64,000 nt of DNA from assembly GCA_937900965.1 (NCBI GenBank), contig CALCGJ010000247.1, forward strand, positions 752 through 64,751, written 5' to 3'. This document shows, in pieces, positions 62,860 to 64,000 of this stretch. Source of the stretch: an uncultured Bacteroidota bacterium (lineage in GTDB: Bacteria; Bacteroidota; Bacteroidia; Bacteroidales; FEN-979). The notes under the pieces were generated by a model that saw only the letters and a list, made by a program, of their open reading frames with translations, was not told the origin of the DNA and ran no database searches. Made by a program: the position numbers and the translations under genes. Position 1 is the stretch's first letter. Every line of letters starts with the position of its first letter.

Positions 62860-64000
62860 ATGTTCACCGAAAAGGATCTTAAACAGGTAGAAGCCAAAGG
62901 GATAGATCTTTCTGCTATTGACAGGCAGATCGGGAACTTCAGAAGCGGGTTTCCGTTTATCAACCTTGTCAGGCCGGCTACCTCAGGGGATGGGATTTTC
63001 TCTTTCTGCGAAGATGAACTCTCCTATTTTATCAATTATTATTCCCAGCACCTGAAGGATCTCTCTGTTGTGAAGTTCGTTCCGGCCTCAGGAGCGGCCA
63101 CCCGGATGTTCAAGCACCTGTTTGAATTTACGAACTCATTCACTGATGATCACAGCCAGCGTGAGGCCTTTCTGAAAGATCACGATTTTAATTCTGTCTC
63201 CTACCTGGTTTCTCATTTGCCTGAGATTGCCTTCTTTACCAGCCTTCAGGAGATACTCGCCAGGCGCGGGCTGGATGCAACAAGCCTGATTGAATCATGG
63301 CGACTGGATCTGCTTGTCAGCTTTATCCTGGATGAGAAGGGATTAAATTATGCCAACCTGCCCAAAGGATTGATTCTTTTTCATGACTATCCTGACGGGG
63401 CCCGTACCTCTGCCGAGGAGCACCTGGTGGAGGCAGCCAACTATGCCAGAAACAGTGACGCGACAGCCCGGATCCACTTTACCATCTCGCCTGAACACAA
63501 AGAAAAGTTCATGGCACGATTCAACCAGGTAAAGGAGGCGTATGAGAAGCAATTCGGGGTTACATTCACAGTTGATTTTTCTGAGCAGCTTCCCTCCACT
63601 GATACCATTGCTGTGGATGAGGAAAATCAGCCTTTCCGGAATACAGATGGGACCATCCTGTTTCGTCCGGCCGGACACGGAGCCCTCTTGAAAAACCTGA
63701 GCCGTTTAGACGCTGATATCATCTTTGTCAAAAATATCGACAATATCGTACCCGACCGACTCAAGCCTACTACGTATATGTATAAAAAGCTTATCGGCGG
63801 ATATCTGCTATACCTTCGCGACCATATCAATACGTTTCTCACCGATGCCGATAATCATGACCTTTCTGAAGAACAGATCGCAGAGATGGTTAAGTTTATG
63901 CGTAACCATATGTGGATGAAGCTCTCCGACGGTTTTTCCTCACTCGCCCTGAAGCAGCAGCAAACGAAACTGATGGAGCTCCTGAACCGGCCGGTTCGGG
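62860..64000 (+). CDS. DUF4301-family protein with UDP-sugar-pyrophosphorylase-like motifs (3-prime end beyond the window)
   Basis: Absent from the ORF track because there is no stop inside the window. Hand translation gives MFTEKDLKQVEAKGIDLSAIDRQIGNFRSGFPFINLVRPATSGDGIF...KFVPASGAATRMFKHL...FRPAGHGALLKNL...IFVKNIDN. I checked the frame as open from 62860 to about 63060 and from 63121 to 63780; the remaining stretches were not translated. Confidence 0.65.
   Translation, partial: MFTEKDLKQVEAKGIDLSAIDRQIGNFRSGFPFINLVRPATSGDGIFSFCEDELSYFINYYSQHLKDLSVVKFVPASGAATRMFKHLFEFTNSFTDDHSQREAFLKDHDFNSVSYLVSHLPEIAFFTSLQEILARRGLDATSLIESWRLDLLVSFILDEKGLNYANLPKGLILFHDYPDGARTSAEEHLVEAANYARNSDATARIHFTISPEHKEKFMARFNQVKEAYEKQFGVTFTVDFSEQLPSTDTIAVDEENQPFRNTDGTILFRPAGHGALLKNLSRLDADIIFVKNIDNIVPDRLKPTTYMYKKLIGGYLLYLRDHINTFLTDADNHDLSEEQIAEMVKFMRNHMWMKLSDGFSSLALKQQQTKLMELLNRPVR

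Noticed and set aside
1-64000. Search for mobile elements, prophage, defence systems, tRNA or rRNA genes
   Set aside because: I found no transposase, integrase, restriction, toxin-antitoxin or Cas-like motifs in any listed ORF. No gap is long or structured enough to hold a tRNA or rRNA.

Overview
The window appears to be chromosomal DNA from a Bacteroidota-type organism. Evidence: three proteins with T9SS type A C-terminal sorting domains, one with a type B domain next to a PorP/SprF gene, and TAnnTTTG promoter boxes in most intergenic gaps. I found no rRNA, tRNA, CRISPR array, transposase, integrase or recognisable defence genes. Contents from left to right:

- **1-4592, minus strand:** a four-gene electron-transfer module. 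It encodes a membrane protein, a membrane-anchored Fe-S flavoprotein, a 20-haem cytochrome and a second cytochrome with at least 10 haems that runs off the left edge and is missing from the ORF track.
- **4.6-8 kb:** a small accessory stretch with a lipoprotein, a GH114-like hydrolase, a small membrane protein and a DDAH-like amidinotransferase. It is full of 7-8 bp tandem repeat arrays.
- **8-14 kb:** an ACP-centred tailoring cassette with an LpxL-like acyltransferase, an O-methyltransferase, an ABC-2 permease, a BtrH-like protein, an ACP and a sulfotransferase.
- **14-18 kb:** an operon of secreted beta-barrel and beta-propeller proteins.
- **18-27 kb:** housekeeping genes: amidohydrolase, mutL, two rhomboid proteases, an EEP-family protein and uvrB.
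- **27.3-51.6 kb:** a roughly 24 kb exopolysaccharide locus bracketed by two-component proteins, several of which are degenerate.
- **51.6-56.6 kb:** a T9SS cargo operon.
- **56.6-64 kb:** nrnA followed by three FKBP isomerases, then ndk, an S8 protease with a T9SS sorting domain, and a truncated DUF4301 gene that is also missing from the track.

The most unusual signals are:

- Six short microsatellite arrays, five of which begin on or contain a stop codon.
- The signalling parts of the EPS locus: a pseudo-receiver fused to the priming transferase, a hybrid kinase lacking its phospho-acceptor His, and a co-polymerase carrying a LysM domain and a degenerate kinase domain.
- The multihaem module with 30 or more haems.

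All functional calls rest on motifs read from the translations and recalled family signatures. No database search was run.
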